Below the pieces are notes generated by a model. It worked only from the letters and a program-made list of their open reading frames with translations, did no database searches and had not been told where the DNA came from. A stretch of 61,722 nt of DNA, counting the filler, from Collodictyon triciliatum (Eukaryota): the NCBI GenBank assembly GCA_043381765.1. It is 5 parts of 5 records of this genome, joined end to end, with 100 filler letters (N's around TTAATTAATTAA, not from the genome) between each part and the next. Parts side by side here need not be neighbours in the genome. Positions count along the whole stretch, not along the records: positions 6,574 to 25,852 come from JBHJMP010000344.1; positions 25,953 to 39,418 come from JBHJMP010000345.1; 3 more parts are not named here. One strand, 5' to 3'. The translations under genes and the position numbers were made by a program. Below are positions 13,644 to 27,300 of this stretch, piece by piece. Every line of letters begins with the position of its first letter. Positions within the stretch are counted from its first letter, which is position 1.

Positions 13644-14327
13644 TAAAAGAGTATGCTTTCCATTTATCTTCACAACCGTGTTTTTCTCACCTCCCTGTTC
13701 AAACCGCGAGACATCCTCGTGTCTGTGCATGATTAATCAACCGAGAAATCGCACAAGATTGTCTCGAATCCACAGGGAGTATTCTTGGGTGCCTGCATCT
13801 TTTATTCCAAACGGACGCTTTGGAGCCATTCCGTGACATACGCCCTTGCTTATTTGGCTCAGTCAAATCATACATACCAACTGACAAGCAAGAAAGAGAG
13901 ATGGGCAACGACACCCATGAAAGAACACACGTGCCCTGCACTAAGGCGCATTAAACGCGCATGTGACTTTCACCATTAGATATAGAAACTAAAGAATCCT
14001 TATTTATTTATTTTTTCATTGTACTATATTTGCATTAAGGATCGTCTTCTACAAAAGAAAAAAAATATGTTTTGAGAGTCGACTTCCGTCATGTTTGTGA
14101 GAGCGTATTATTTTTATTTTGGTCGAATGAAAAAACGAAGGAGAAAAAAAGGGGGGCAGGCGATGAAGGAGACAGCTTGAAAGCGCAAGCGCTTGATGAC
14201 TTCACCGACCGAGTGTTGGAATAAGCACGTTTTCACAGTCCCAAGAAAGAAAGGAGAAAAGATCAAGAAAAAGAAAAAGAAAAAGAAAAGGGCCTCTCGA
14301 CCTGATCGGTATATCCCGCAGGACAGA

Positions 14328-16598
14328 ATGTATTTCCAAGGGTTGGCTGCGGCCTCCTTGATCGCTGGCGGACTTCACGCTTTGTCGATCGGCGCCAACG
14401 ACGGCGCGAATGTGCTGGGCATCACTGTGGGGAGCGGCTCGCTGACAGACGATATGGCGCTGCGCTTTGTGATTCTCTTTGAATTCCTCGGTGCTGCCAC
14501 AGTCGGCCGCGAAGTCACGTCCGGGGCAAGAGGATCTGTCTTTGAGATCGACATCTTTGAGGTTTGTGTCGCCTTTGTCTTACGTAAGTAGTATCCAGTC
14601 GTTTGTTATGTCTTTGTTTCCCTTTGAATTTTATTATTCTTTGTTTTATTCTTTGTTTTATTCTTTGTTTTATTCTTTGTTTTATTCTTTGTTTTATTCT
14701 TTGTTTTATTCTTTGTTTTATTCTTTGTTTTATTCTTTGTTTTATTCTTTGTTTTATTCTTTGTTTTATTCTTTGTTTTATTCTTTGTTTTATTCTTTGT
14801 TTTATTCTTTGTTTTATTATTATTTGTTTTGTTTTGTTTTAATTTTTGTATGTATTTCTATTTGTTTATCATCGCTTAATTTTTTTTTAAACTTAATTGC
14901 TAAACTATCTGCTGTTTTGCTCTCTAGGGCGATGAAAAGTGGTTGATGATAGGTATTTTTTCCACATTGATTGGCTCTGCCATAGTCATCTTAGCTTTTA
15001 GTTATTGGAAACTACCTATATCAACCACCCAAGTTACCGCCTCAGGGATTCTAATGATCGCACTGATAACTGAGGTTTGATATCTTCTCCGTTCAAGTTG
15101 CCAAAATATTAATATTATCTGTCATCACTGGAGCCAAATTACCAGCTTTATCATGCGATTTATATTGCTATAAAAAAGGTTAATGTTAATATACCATATT
15201 GTAGGGAGAAACCGATGCAATTAGTGAACAAATGGATTTAATCATCCTTTCTTGGGTTCTATCTCCTCTGGTCGGTGCGCTTGTTTCCTATCTGCTGTCC
15301 AGAATCATCATTTTCTTCATGCTCCTACCAGGTTTCCTTTTTATGTGTGACTATCTATGTTGATAAAAAAAAATATTGTGAACCAAACAAAAGTATGTTA
15401 GAGCATATGTATTCCACATTTTCACGCTCAAAAATGAATTAAAAAAAATATTAGGTGAATCTGAACAAAGAGCTAGAGTATTTATGCCTTTTATGTTTGG
15501 ATTAGCCAGTTTTGTGCTCCCTCTGTATGTTGCACTTAGAGTAGATGATGTTATGGTTTCAAAAAACGCAGTATGGGTGTATCCCGTCATCGCTATTTTT
15601 GCTGCCTTGGTGGGTCATTGAAAATCGGGTGTATTATTCTCTGGAATTAAAGTATATATGCAAACAATTTAAATTTTTGAGCTACTATGATTTGAATGAA
15701 TGTATTTATCTTTTCCTCCTTGACTTTAGGTATTTCTATTTACAAGATGCATTGCATATGATTGGCTTGCAGAAATTGCATTTCGCATTAGCCCTCTTGT
15801 TAGCAACTCAAACGGAATCATTTCTTCCCATATCCTGAAGTACGGCTCTTCTGAAGACTTGCTACGAAAGGTGTGAACTTAATATTATTTTTCATAATTT
15901 ATTTTACAGTAGGTTTTTCTCTCATCATTTTTTTAACACTTTTGTCAAATAACTCATGTCTCGGCACTGCTTTTGTTCATAATATTTGTGTGTATTTCAC
16001 TTGCAAAACGTGTGTCTTTGTTACACATACTGTCAAAACCAAGCAAACTGCATCACAGGTTGATCGTCTCGGTGCCGAGCGTATTTTTTGCATCCTTCAA
16101 TTAGTGGCAGTCGCTTTCTTCAGCTTCTCTCATGGAGCAAACGACGTGGCAAACACAGCCTTTCCCATCACACTGGCACTTCATGTAGCAAAGACTGGGG
16201 CTGCTAATGATGATTTTGGTGACGTTGATATTTGGATACCTATCGCCTATGGAATCCTGATTGTGCTAGGAATCATTTGGTTTTCTTCCGGCGTAACTCG
16301 CACAATATCTGCATCCATCACAAGTCTTGCACCTTCGGGTGGCTTTGTAATTCTGATGTCATCTGCAATATCCCTATTAATCAACAACTACATTGAATAC
16401 CCGACAAGCACAACGCAACTAATCATTGGCTCGATAGTTGGAATGGGTTTGGCAAAGGGTTCCGCCGAGCGAGTGAAATGGAAATCGCTGCGAATTATTT
16501 TGGCGGGCTGGGTTTTGTGTGTGATGGCCTCTATGTTTTTAGTCCCCGCAATCTATTGCATGATTGTTGGAATGGACACTTTGCTGGCTCAGTTGTAA
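14328..16598 (+). CDS. Inorganic phosphate transporter, PiT/PHO4 family; 6 exons
   Basis: Two signature motifs IGANDGAN (exon 1) and HGANDVAN (last exon), PISTTQ/PTSTTQ motifs and many TM helices. ATG at 14328, TAA at 16596-16598, all junctions in frame. Confidence 0.92.
14630..14818. repeat. (TATTCTTTGTTT)n 12-bp intronic minisatellite
   Basis: Perfect 12-bp array in PiT intron 1. Confidence 0.95.
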
Positions 16599-16926
16599 AT
16601 GATGATGCATCATTTTATGGCTTAGCGTACCAAACTCAATGCAATCCCTATTCTACGCTTGATTTTATCTTTATTTTGTTTCTCCTATTTTATTTTTAAA
16701 ATTTCATTACATTTCCTTATACAATATTGATATGTCATCGCGAGACCATTTTTATATACATGGAATAAATGGTCGAAAATACTCTTTTACGTATTTCTGC
16801 TTATATCATTACAATCCTTTTAATATTGATTCATCTTTTTTTTTCCTTTTATGTACTTTTATTCATTCACATATGAGGGCTACAATATCATCTCATTATA
16901 TGGTAAATAGTCCCCAATCAGATATT

Positions 16927-19900
16927 CTAGTGCGTGATAGAGTCCAAAAAAGCAAGGTTTGTACGTGCTGGGTGATAACTAGCATCGATTTGCATGGCTC
17001 TTTCAAAATGCTGTAATCAATTACATTTTGTGATTAGCCCACTCTCCAATTAAATGTTCGTTTGGTTTGAATAGACATCGCCAGCCATTAGTCTGATATA
17101 TCAAAACTTGCCTCTTTTGCTATCTGATATTGGTTCATTTTTGCATAGACAATACCCAGGTTGCTCCAGCTCTGCAAGTATAATTGCACATGAGTATTCT
17201 AGTTTTGGGGGCGATGAAATATTTTTTCTTTGTTGTTGAGGGTGTGTTACTATGTTTAAGACCAACCGCAGCAAAGTTTTCTTTTTGGGCGATGGACGAA
17301 CGTAGGCATTTTTCGGCCAAATCAAGCTTTCCTAAACCAATAAATTGGTTATGTGTGTTAGAATTTATTTTTTTTTTGAGAATTACTTCAACCATTCAGG
17401 ATATTGTCTGAAGTTGTTGATATGAGAGTTCTGAACTGGTACAAACCCATTTGACGGTATATGTTTCCTAGATTATTCAGAATTTCATACGATAAGCTTT
17501 CATCATTTTCAAATTTCTCGAGGACTTCGCTAATATTTGACCTAGCAAGGTAGTATGCCAGTACTGGATTTTTTGAGGTATAAAATTGATTGAAAATGGG
17601 CTAAATGTCCAAAAGTCTCTCTATCTTGTCCAAAGCTGATATATTGTATCGTAAAGAACATGCCTTCTTCAGATTTAGTATATGATGAATTATAAAAATT
17701 GATCTTGTTTAAACTGATTCGGTGGCAGTGGGCAGCCCATGTGAGGTAAGAAAAAAATATGTACTTAGATTGCACCAATATGTTTGATTTCCTCCCGATA
17801 TCGCCACAGCGTTTTCAAAGAATGTACAGGCAGATTTCAACTCGCCCATTTGAAGACAAATCAATCCTAGCTATTAGGTTTTGACCCGTGTGGAAATACA
17901 TTTAAAGAAATATATTCATGCCGATTTTACAGCGAATGTTTTTAAGACAATAAATAAATCTATGTAAATAGTAGAACTTGGTTGAAAGCGTCGTGATTTG
18001 GGTCTCGGTCCAGCATTTCTGCAGATTGGAGCTGATACGCTTGTGAGAATAAGTTTCGCGCCATTTCTGGGTCAGTATTCATTTGCCCTTCGTACCTATG
18101 GATCTATTGGAACAAAAGACACATCCACGGGGTTACTGTTTAGAGTAATTAATAATAAGTAGTTTTGATTACGTCGTTTCGGAGTGCCCAGAGACTCACT
18201 CGTGATAGTATTTTCTCTGTATTGAAATTTAATCGATGGCATAGGTCTCTAATCTGAGGAATCTCAACTGTCGATCCGTTCGCCGCCACGATGTTAAATA
18301 TATTGAATAAATGGTGTGCTTCGATTCTCATGTCCAGCATCTTGGAAATTAGTTTTTGTTGGAAAAGCAAGAAGTGGTGATTTCGATGGGGTGATGAACT
18401 AAGAAATAAATAGCATCCAAAAAAAAATTAGAATGTGTTAAGAAAGACACTATACTTTTCTTGCAACTAGGAGGCTTTCGTGCGGTCGACCAGACATCTT
18501 CAAAGAGATTGCATAATTATTAGCGACTTCGATATTATCTGGGCCCAACGTGTATGCTCGACTAAGTATTGAGCTCGCATCTTCCCATCTGAGTATGTTA
18601 TCACATTTTATTAAACTAATGTATTGTAAAGTAATATTTGCTACGGGCTGAAAAAAATACTCTGTAATTTGGGTTGGTTTTTTTGTGGTGAAAGGAATGT
18701 TAAGGTATTTTTTGATGAAGTATAAATTTTACAGAAGTACATACTTTTTTTCGCATATGAGAGAAAATCCATAATTGTGAAGTCCCTCTAGATGGTCTGG
18801 GTTGCTTTCGAGCAGGTGCTGAAAGCATTTGTATGCATCAGGAAACTAACCATAATTTGGCAAAATGATTACTAGAGTTAAATATCAAAGATGCAGAAAA
18901 AAAAAACCACAAGCTAAATGCCAACATTCCAACTACTTTTAAGGGGAAAAAATGAACTAATATCATCGAATAAAATAAAGACATAATTTAAAAATATGAA
19001 TTCGCTCAGAGTCGTAGGATTCAATGACTGACGTTTCCAGCATGTGCGTGGGATGCACCAAGATTGTTCCAAAAGTCTAAATTCGATGGATCTTTCGCCA
19101 ATATAATCTCGAAGGTTTTGATTGCCATATGTGCATTGTCCAGCTTCAGGAACATGAGGCCTAGCATCGACTGAACGCATAGGTAAAATGTGGTGTTTTG
19201 TGCATCCTGTGTATGCATCGAGAGTGGGTAGAAAGGCGTGATAAAATAAATATAAATACTAAGCCTAAAAGAGTGACAGTACCATATTTATGGGATGCGT
19301 TAATTACGGAAACAATCATCTAAATCAGGTGGTGTTTAGTTTTACAATCAATTTTTTGCTATAACACATTCTGATTCAGAATAGCTTGGATTCTTTAAAA
19401 TATCCCCTATCATGCAATAGGTACAAGGCATCACCAAATCGCTGATACATTTAAAAATACTAGAACGAAAAGGCAATACCTTCTCAGCCGACTTCAGTAA
19501 CTCTCTTAGCTCCTCAATCAAAAACTGTTCTGATTCTATTGTCGAACGACGGATGACTTGACACGCTACCCGAAGAAAGCGGACATGCCTTTTAATAGTC
19601 TCCCTCCTTGTATCCGCTTTTAAGCACTCGACAGCCTGCTGAAAGGAAGCAAGAGCCTGAAATGCAAGCATCGGACATCAGTCAGTATAAATAAAAAGGC
19701 GAGCCACAGACTGGCGGTTTGGTCGCGGTGGGCCTCAACTGTATTTGGTGAACCTGCTCAACCGAGCCGAGTTTCCAGTGGACAATACCCAAGTGGACAT
19801 GAAAGACCGAACGATGGAGAAGCTTCTTTTCTGCTGCAATTAACTCCTAGATAAGAAAAGACAAAAAAAAAAAAAAAAAAAAAAAAAAGAGGTATGAATA

Positions 19901-20057
19901 TAGGCATTTATACTGTTCGCGTGTGGATTCTCGACTCGTGATAGGATAGTGGCTTTGCTCAATGACAGGTTGGTGGGCATGACAGGAAAGGTTTCGTTCA
20001 CCATCGGGTGAGACATACTTGCTTCAGCTTCTCTAGGCGAGCGACGGATGCGCTCAT
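16927..20057 (-). CDS. Tetratricopeptide-repeat (TPR) protein; multi-exon
   Basis: Starts MSASVARLEKLKQ. TPR-like units include FWNNLGASHAHAGNFPDAYKCFQHLLESNPDH, ILNNLGNIYRQMGKLDLAEKCLRSSIAQ and SWSNLGIVYAKMNQYQIAKEHFERAMQIDASYHPARTNL. TAG at 16927-16929. Confidence 0.85.
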
Positions 20058-20156
20058 TCAGGCTCCTGTGTGCAAGTGATGAGTAGATCGTGCTTAGTTC
20101 GCTATTTCCTTCCTTCCTTTTTTTTTTTCTTCCTTATTTTTACTCTTATTTCTTTT

Positions 20157-20256
20157 CTTTCACTTTTCTTTCATTTTTCTTTCATTTTTCTTTCATTTTT
20201 CTTTCATTTTTCTTTCATTTTCTTTCATTTTTCTTTCATTTTTCTTTCATTTTTCT
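20157..20256. repeat. (TTTCATTTTTC)n tandem repeat
   Basis: Intergenic array between the TPR and cyclase-like genes. Confidence 0.9.
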
Positions 20257-20448
20257 CATGTGTTTTTATCGGTTATGTTTATATTATTCTTCTCGGGGCT
20301 GTAAAGGTAATGCTTTGACACAAATAAAAGACAAGACGTTGGTGCAACAATCGCATGGAAAACGCGTTTTTTGTTTCGTTTTGTTTTTATTATTATCACC
20401 ATGATGGATGTAAGTTGGAAGCCTGCCGCACGCGAGCACTGAGTGTGG

Positions 20449-23400
20449 CTATATCTCGGTAAAGTCATCTGGGTTGGATGCTTTACGGTTCTCTTCAAAG
20501 TCACCCCAAACCACCTGCCTTAGGAATTCCTTCAACACGTCCTGAACCATCTCCATATATTGAAGATTCTGCTGCGCGGGTTCGCTCCATTTTTCTTGTA
20601 ACAAAAAATCTGCCTCCTTATGTATCACTCGGGAGACTCCTTTTGTGACCTGGAAAAGTCATTTCAATGAATATGAATGCTAGGTCACATAGAAGAAAAG
20701 AATTTAAACACATTCAGAGCGTATCAATATTGTTATTACTTGTATCAAGCCCCATTCACCCACAGAGTTGAGGTCCTGGACTTCGTCCACTTGGTGTATA
20801 GATATTTTTTTAAAAAAAAAAAAATAGATGATGAGAAAATGGATGACTTGTGTTCGTACCTATTCCTCCAATAACATCATATGTGAATCCATCTCCCCCT
20901 GGGTAATTGCAAGATTTTAGTAGTTTGCACAAACAATCAACTTCGATGAAGCAATTACTAACCCAGTATTCCGACTGCAACATCACCTATCCCAATGCAC
21001 ACTCGTGCATTGGAATTATCCTTTCCTTCTTGGCAAGTTAAATAGTGTCTGAGAAACTAATACACATGGGTTGCTGAAGTCAGTGTGCGGCTCTGAATAG
21101 AGCGTTGTCGAATCTATGAAAGGCTATAATCTGCTTACTTCCGCGCAGAATTTAATTGCTTGGCGAACACAATAAACTCGAGAACCTTCACTTTCCACTA
21201 GAAGCTATTCATAGATTTATATCATGTGAAAAATTAGGTACATGGAAGGTAAAGAAATTCAAGTACTATTTATATTATTTGAATACTTTAAAGTACCAAA
21301 CAACTTTCCGCATAAACCCTGTGAATTTTTACATGATACTGATATCCAAGATTCTCTATCAACGTACACGCATCTGTGCATAAAACATGTGTTTTTTTGT
21401 TTTTTAGAAATTCCATACGAAATCATACAAAAGTAAATTTGTAATTTCTTTATTATTTTTTCCTTTCAGTTCAAGCAAGGCAGAGATTTTAGCCTTGGTT
21501 AAAGTAAGCTTGGAATACCATCTACATTCCATCAAATATTAATTGAGTAAGAAAAACCTGATGCATTTTCGAATAATCCTGACACCATTTGATTGGATAG
21601 TAAGACATCAGAGTCCTGGTACTGTATGTGAATGACAACAGCAGAGTACAATAAGGTGGGTGTCGATGTGCCTGACGTCAATAGCTGATCGAGTAAGTTC
21701 TCTGAGATTATTGCCATTATTATTTCTTTGGCGTCACAGGCTAGCCTGTCAGCCTCTTCAATTTGCTATTGGAAGAATACGAAAATCACTTCACTGATAA
21801 ATTTACAATTTAAACGTTCGTTTTTTTTCCGCATATATAGCATGTATTATTTATTAGATTGCCGACCTTGGATACAAGCTTATTTCCTATATATCCGTAT
21901 CGATTCGAATGTTCCACTCCGTAAAAATGAATGCAAAACAGTACCAATGGACACGCGACTTCGATTATGCAGTTTAATATCCTTTGAAATATGCTACACA
22001 TCAAAAAAAAATTAGTATTAGTCAAAGTAGTTCAGGTGTTGTTTTTGGAATAACTACTTACGAAAACTCTAATCCGTAAACCAGCCGAAAATATGTATTG
22101 GCAACTGAATAAACATTTATAAAAACTGTCAGTACACGATGAGGTATTATCCAACATGCCGATGCGATAGTGAATATAACCATTCCCTCGCCTTGAATGA
22201 AATATGAGAACCACATCTCTATTAAGATTGGATTTTTCTCAAACGCAAAATATACGTATGACTTTATAAGGTGTAGCAGTATATAAGCACCCAGAAATGC
22301 TTGGCATGTTATGTGTAGTAAGTTTTGATTGATGTAGGATTGTGCAGTATGTAGTGCCCAGAATCCCTGACCCAGAAGAAAGAGAGAAGAACTCAGGCCC
22401 CCAATCTGAAAAAGTAGTATCATGGACAGTGTATTTTTAAAATACAATCCAGAATCGATAACTGTCGAATACTGTGCTATCCCTTGTATGATAGAAAGTA
22501 CCACTCCAAAACATAAAACCCATCTAAAACAATATACCACTAAGTTATCATCATGATTTTTCGTTACAAATTTTACAATAATGAAATTGAGAAGGGAATA
22601 AAACCAAATAAGAGATAACCTTGTCTTTGAAAGGCTGTGATTTCGTAAAATATAATCAGTGTAAGCATTTTCCTCCTCCATGTCATTATATTTATAATAC
22701 TTGAAAATTCGAAACATATAATAGGTGCATTTTTGGGCATTTTCACGACAAAGATTTTCATAGTTTACACCATCTTCCTTCTGTATCATCTGCGTAAAAT
22801 AATTACAAAAATCAATATCTCAACTAAATTTTGTTGACTTGCATAATGGTTTCCAAGGGACAGTTTTTAAAAAAACCGCACACATGAAATTAAAACTGTT
22901 AAAAAAAATATTCATAGGGCTTACATTTGTGCTGCGCTCTCCTCTGTCGTTAAAACTATCGTTCATGGATTTAACCGGGCAGTTTACATGATTCAAAGAG
23001 TATTCCTGGTTCGAAATCAGTTAATTCCATTGAAAATAAAAAAAAATAGGGGAGTTTGTCAGTCGATATATCACCTGTTGATAGTTTGAAACATCAAAAT
23101 CAAATAGCATTTTGTTCCATTCTGAATTTTGGCACATCTGACGCGCTCTTTTTATAGCTGTGAGAGGTTAATTGTACATGAGGGCAAAGGGAGTAAAATA
23201 AAAAAAAAATAAAAAATAAAGAGGTAGTTTTATCTGAATCCTCTAAAATTATTAGCACATACCTGGGCCGTATCCATCAAATCCTATTTTAGAACACCTT
23301 ATTATCCCGTATTGCGACTTGCCATGTGAAACTCCAATTTTCATCTATTTTTTGGTTATTTGTCTCTTTTAAAATAGGACTGATTGAAAAAAATAGTATG

Positions 23401-24385
23401 ACAGAAATTCAATTTGAGTTTTGAATAAATATTTGCCTGTAGCATTTTTTGAGGGTCATTGTTTTGGTTTAGTAGAACGGTCTCACAAAATTCCTTCACA
23501 TTTTGTAAATTGACCCCAGATACATCGGAATTAATCCCATGTATAATCTAATATAAAATGCGTAAATGTAATTATATTGAATTTTTTGAAAAATTCAGTA
23601 ATAATACAATATTATGAGAACTCACGTAGATTAATCTTCCTGTGTGCGGTATGGGAATCAATCAGTACGGAGAAATAAAGGAAATATTTTTGTTTTGAGT
23701 CTATATGGAAATATAACTAAAATATAAAATAACCTTGAGTTTTTATTCTTTGCATCCCAAATCTGTCAAAATATTCAGGTTTAGTCCTTTATAATTCAAT
23801 TAATGGACAGGATTATGATTTATATTGAATGGAATAAACTCACCTTTTGATATTAATTCGAACTAATCTAAAGTTTTATTGAAAAAAGTGTGTTATTTGC
23901 ATATTTTAATAAACCTCATGGAAAAAATTTTATATCTTCAATAATTACGCAGTTTATATAAAATACCCCTGAACTAAAAATTACTTCAACCAATGTGCGT
24001 ACATAGAAACTTGTTTTTGAATATTCGAATCAGCAGAACTTGTGTTCAATTCTATGCAAATGACAAAGGAACCGCTGATATCAACTGACTTGTAAGAACT
24101 GATGCCAGATACATTGGTTTCTTTGAAGTAAAATCTACATGTTTTCAATTAAAGTGGAAAAGTGATTTCATACTGAATGAAAATGACATGAAATTAATTA
24201 GTAAAAAAAAAAAAAAAAAAAAAATGTAATTTTTTTTTGTTTTCTTCTTTTTTATTTTCTTTTCCCTGCTTTTTTTTTTTTTTTTNNNNNNNNNNNNNNN
24301 NNNNNNNNNNNNNNNNNNNNNNNNNNNNNNNNNNNNNNNNNNNNNNNNNNNNNNNNNNNNNNNNNNNNNNNNNNNNNNNNNNNNN

Positions 24386-24475
<90 letters not shown>

Positions 24476-25733
24476 ACTTACTTTGGTATAACTTGCTCCA
24501 GAATGCAAATCGACTTTTCTTTTTCATGTCGTATTTGCATTTCCAAATCTTTCATGGACTCGTCATTCTCGTATGTTCTATTTACAATTTCCAGGGGAAA
24601 AGAAAAATCAAATGTTTGATACAAAATGTATGTAATATATACCCGTTTTACATGTCTAGGTGTCATATTTTATTACCTTCTATCATTCAAATCTATTGAA
24701 TGGATATTCATTATTAACATAATCACACAAAGCAAGTAGTGCCCCGTCATGTAAATCGAACTTAAAAATGAATTTTGCATCAAGACTCCTGCCATTTGTG
24801 TAATTGCGAAGAAAACAGATAACTTTGATGTTATAGAGACATCATTTTTAATTATCAGGAGGAATATCTATTAGTGGTTAAAAATCTTATTAATTAAAAG
24901 AAAAAAGACCCAGTGCATGAATAGTATTTATTAAGATATAAAAGAAGAATATTAATATAGATTGGTTATATAGTTACTCATTAACAGAATTAATTTACTA
25001 CCATCGAAAATATAACTGGGTTAATAAGCGGGCTGTCCAATCTCATGTATATTCTTACAGATATATTGGATATCATAATTACTGAATATGCTGTCGCCAA
25101 AATATTTGAGTTTTGTCTGCGATGATTAAATGAGAATTAAAGGTTTGGTATTTGTCTTCCTTGCCTTGTCGATACACTAGCCTCTCAAACCATTAAAAAG
25201 AAAAAGGAAAAAAAAAGTAGTTTTTTTTTCCTTTATAAGACAATAATAAAGTTAATTAGTCTAACAAGAATAAGTATACCTGATATAAATTTCTTGATTT
25301 CTCCGTAGCAATAATATAGACAGTAATACTAGGGAAATTATTAAGTTTGGGAAAGATGCAAAAACGAGGGACCCTAATCTAAATATGAAATAGGTAATGG
25401 CTTATTTACTATAACATAATTATGATGGTGTTACAACTTATTGAAAGAGAAAGAATAAATGTATTAATAGATCAGATCTCTTACGATTTATCAAAGTATA
25501 TGAAGGCCTGGTGTAAAAAATACGGGATACCCACAAGGCATAGATATTTAACCCGGTTAGAATATTTTTTTATGTAGTAGCTTTTGTATTTTCTCTCTTC
25601 GTTTGTCTCTTTGTATCTATTATTTTTGAAAGTCATTTTAAAAGAAAAATATGTTACAAATATCGCCCCTTTTTTTAAAAGCCTAAAGAAAAAATACCGC
25701 TCTGTATATTCAAGGATGTTTCGGTTTAAACAT
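20449..25733 (-). CDS. Membrane protein with TM-cyclase-TM-cyclase topology and two degenerate class III adenylyl/guanylyl cyclase homology domains (probable pseudo-cyclase); 5' end unresolved at gap
   Basis: Pre-catalytic helix HEKEKSICILEQVIPK (~24482-24530). Domain 1: FGMQRIKTQG, MKIGVSHGKSQYGII..IGFDGYGPAIKRARQM. Second TM cluster in ORF 22058-22789. Domain 2: YHVKIHRVYAESCL, ARVCIGIGDVAVGILGGDGFTYDVIGGIVDEVQDLNSVGEWGLIQVT. Stop TAG at 20449-20451. Confidence 0.72.
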
Positions 25734-25759
25734 TTTTAATTGTTGATATTGATTTTAGG

Positions 25760-25760
25760 T

Positions 25761-25851
<91 letters not shown>

Positions 25852-25852
25852 T
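25760..25852. repeat. (TTTA)n microsatellite abutting a gap
   Basis: Directly visible in the sequence. Confidence 0.95.
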
Positions 25853-25952
25853 NNNNNNNNNNNNNNNNNNNNNNNNNNNNNNNNNNNNNNNNNNNNTTAA
25901 TTAATTAANNNNNNNNNNNNNNNNNNNNNNNNNNNNNNNNNNNNNNNNNNNN
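25853..25952. other. Assembly gap with artificial spacer TTAATTAATTAA (at 25897-25908; also at 6518-6529, 39463-39474 and 46858-46869)
   Basis: Identical 12-mer with stops in all six frames, centred in a 100-base N block, at four places. Confidence 0.95.
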
Positions 25953-26085
25953 CTTTTGATCATTTCTTCTTCCCCCCCCCCCACACACACACACACACAC
26001 GCACACAAGCTTTACCACAAATTCTAAATTACCATTGATATGTCATAAAGATGAGCTCCATAGAAATTTGGAATTCATAATATAC

Positions 26086-27227
26086 CATATGAAAATCCAT
26101 TGAACTACAATCGTGGTCGGCCCAAAGCGAAGAAGGAAATACACCACAAATCGTGATATGTCTTCAATTTCATCAGTGTTCTTTGCTGCAATGAAAGACG
26201 TGAGCATATAACAGCACTTTTGAGATGTAAAGCAACTTATGAAATTCCTCATATTGGGATATTATGTTCAATATATGGAAACAATCGCTTGCATTATATT
26301 ACTAGGTATGCTAGATTTGTCGTGGGGAATAAAAAAAAAAAAAGAGGAAATAAAGAGAGGAAAATAGAAACCTGGCATTAAATTCATGATATCAGGTTCA
26401 GTAGGACTGCTAATATACGACACTGTAAGAGCGGGAACGACGACCCACATGAGCCACATTAGCTGGTACCTTGGTTAAATAATCAACTCTACAGTTAAGC
26501 ATTGTTTTACCTGCAAAACAAAATGGTATGCTCATCCACTAGAATAGTAAGCGTGTATATCATCCTAAAATTCAAGAACTTCATTCTGGAGAAATTACAA
26601 CATACCCGTGTAATATTGGAGGAGATAATGTGCAGAAACTCAATAGAAGTGTGATGGACAGAAAAAAGTGGCACGCCAAAATAAACATCAAAGCCTTTGA
26701 AAATTTATTCACAATACCATATAAAGATATTAGACGCCTTATGCCAGCCATTTTTTTAAAAAAAAAATAATCGTAATAATGAAACAAAATGAAAATTTGC
26801 CTGTTTCATATTTGTCAGAAGGTGGCGACACTCTCTGAATAACTCAGATAAATCCTCAAAAGATATGTATTCTTTTCATTTATATAATTGGCATTTGTAA
26901 ATAATAGTGACAATTAGATTGGAAATATGGTTACTCTTATTAATTGCATGCATAACTTTACAATATGATGGAACTTATTATAACAGTCAAGGATACCCGG
27001 GAATGTCAGGTACGCTGGTAGTGAGGTCAGCATAGTAGAAAACGATTCATGACAGGGTCTTATTGAATTATGGTAATGATGCTTCCCTTGCATGTTCTAG
27101 AAATTTTTGTGGATAGAAATCTTTAAATGCCAGAAGCCCTTGATTTTTTTTTATAATATATATTAGATCATGGTATCATCTGTAAGCTCATCTGAAAGCT
27201 CATCTGAAAAAAAAAAATCGTGATTCT

Positions 27228-27258
<31 letters not shown>

Positions 27259-27269
27259 TAATATTTTAT

Positions 27270-27300
<31 letters not shown>

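Noticed and set aside
13650..13980. Moderately GC-rich intergenic island with short ORFs on both strands
   Set aside because: No recognisable protein motif, convincing exon structure or RNA fold; probably UTR or promoter sequence.
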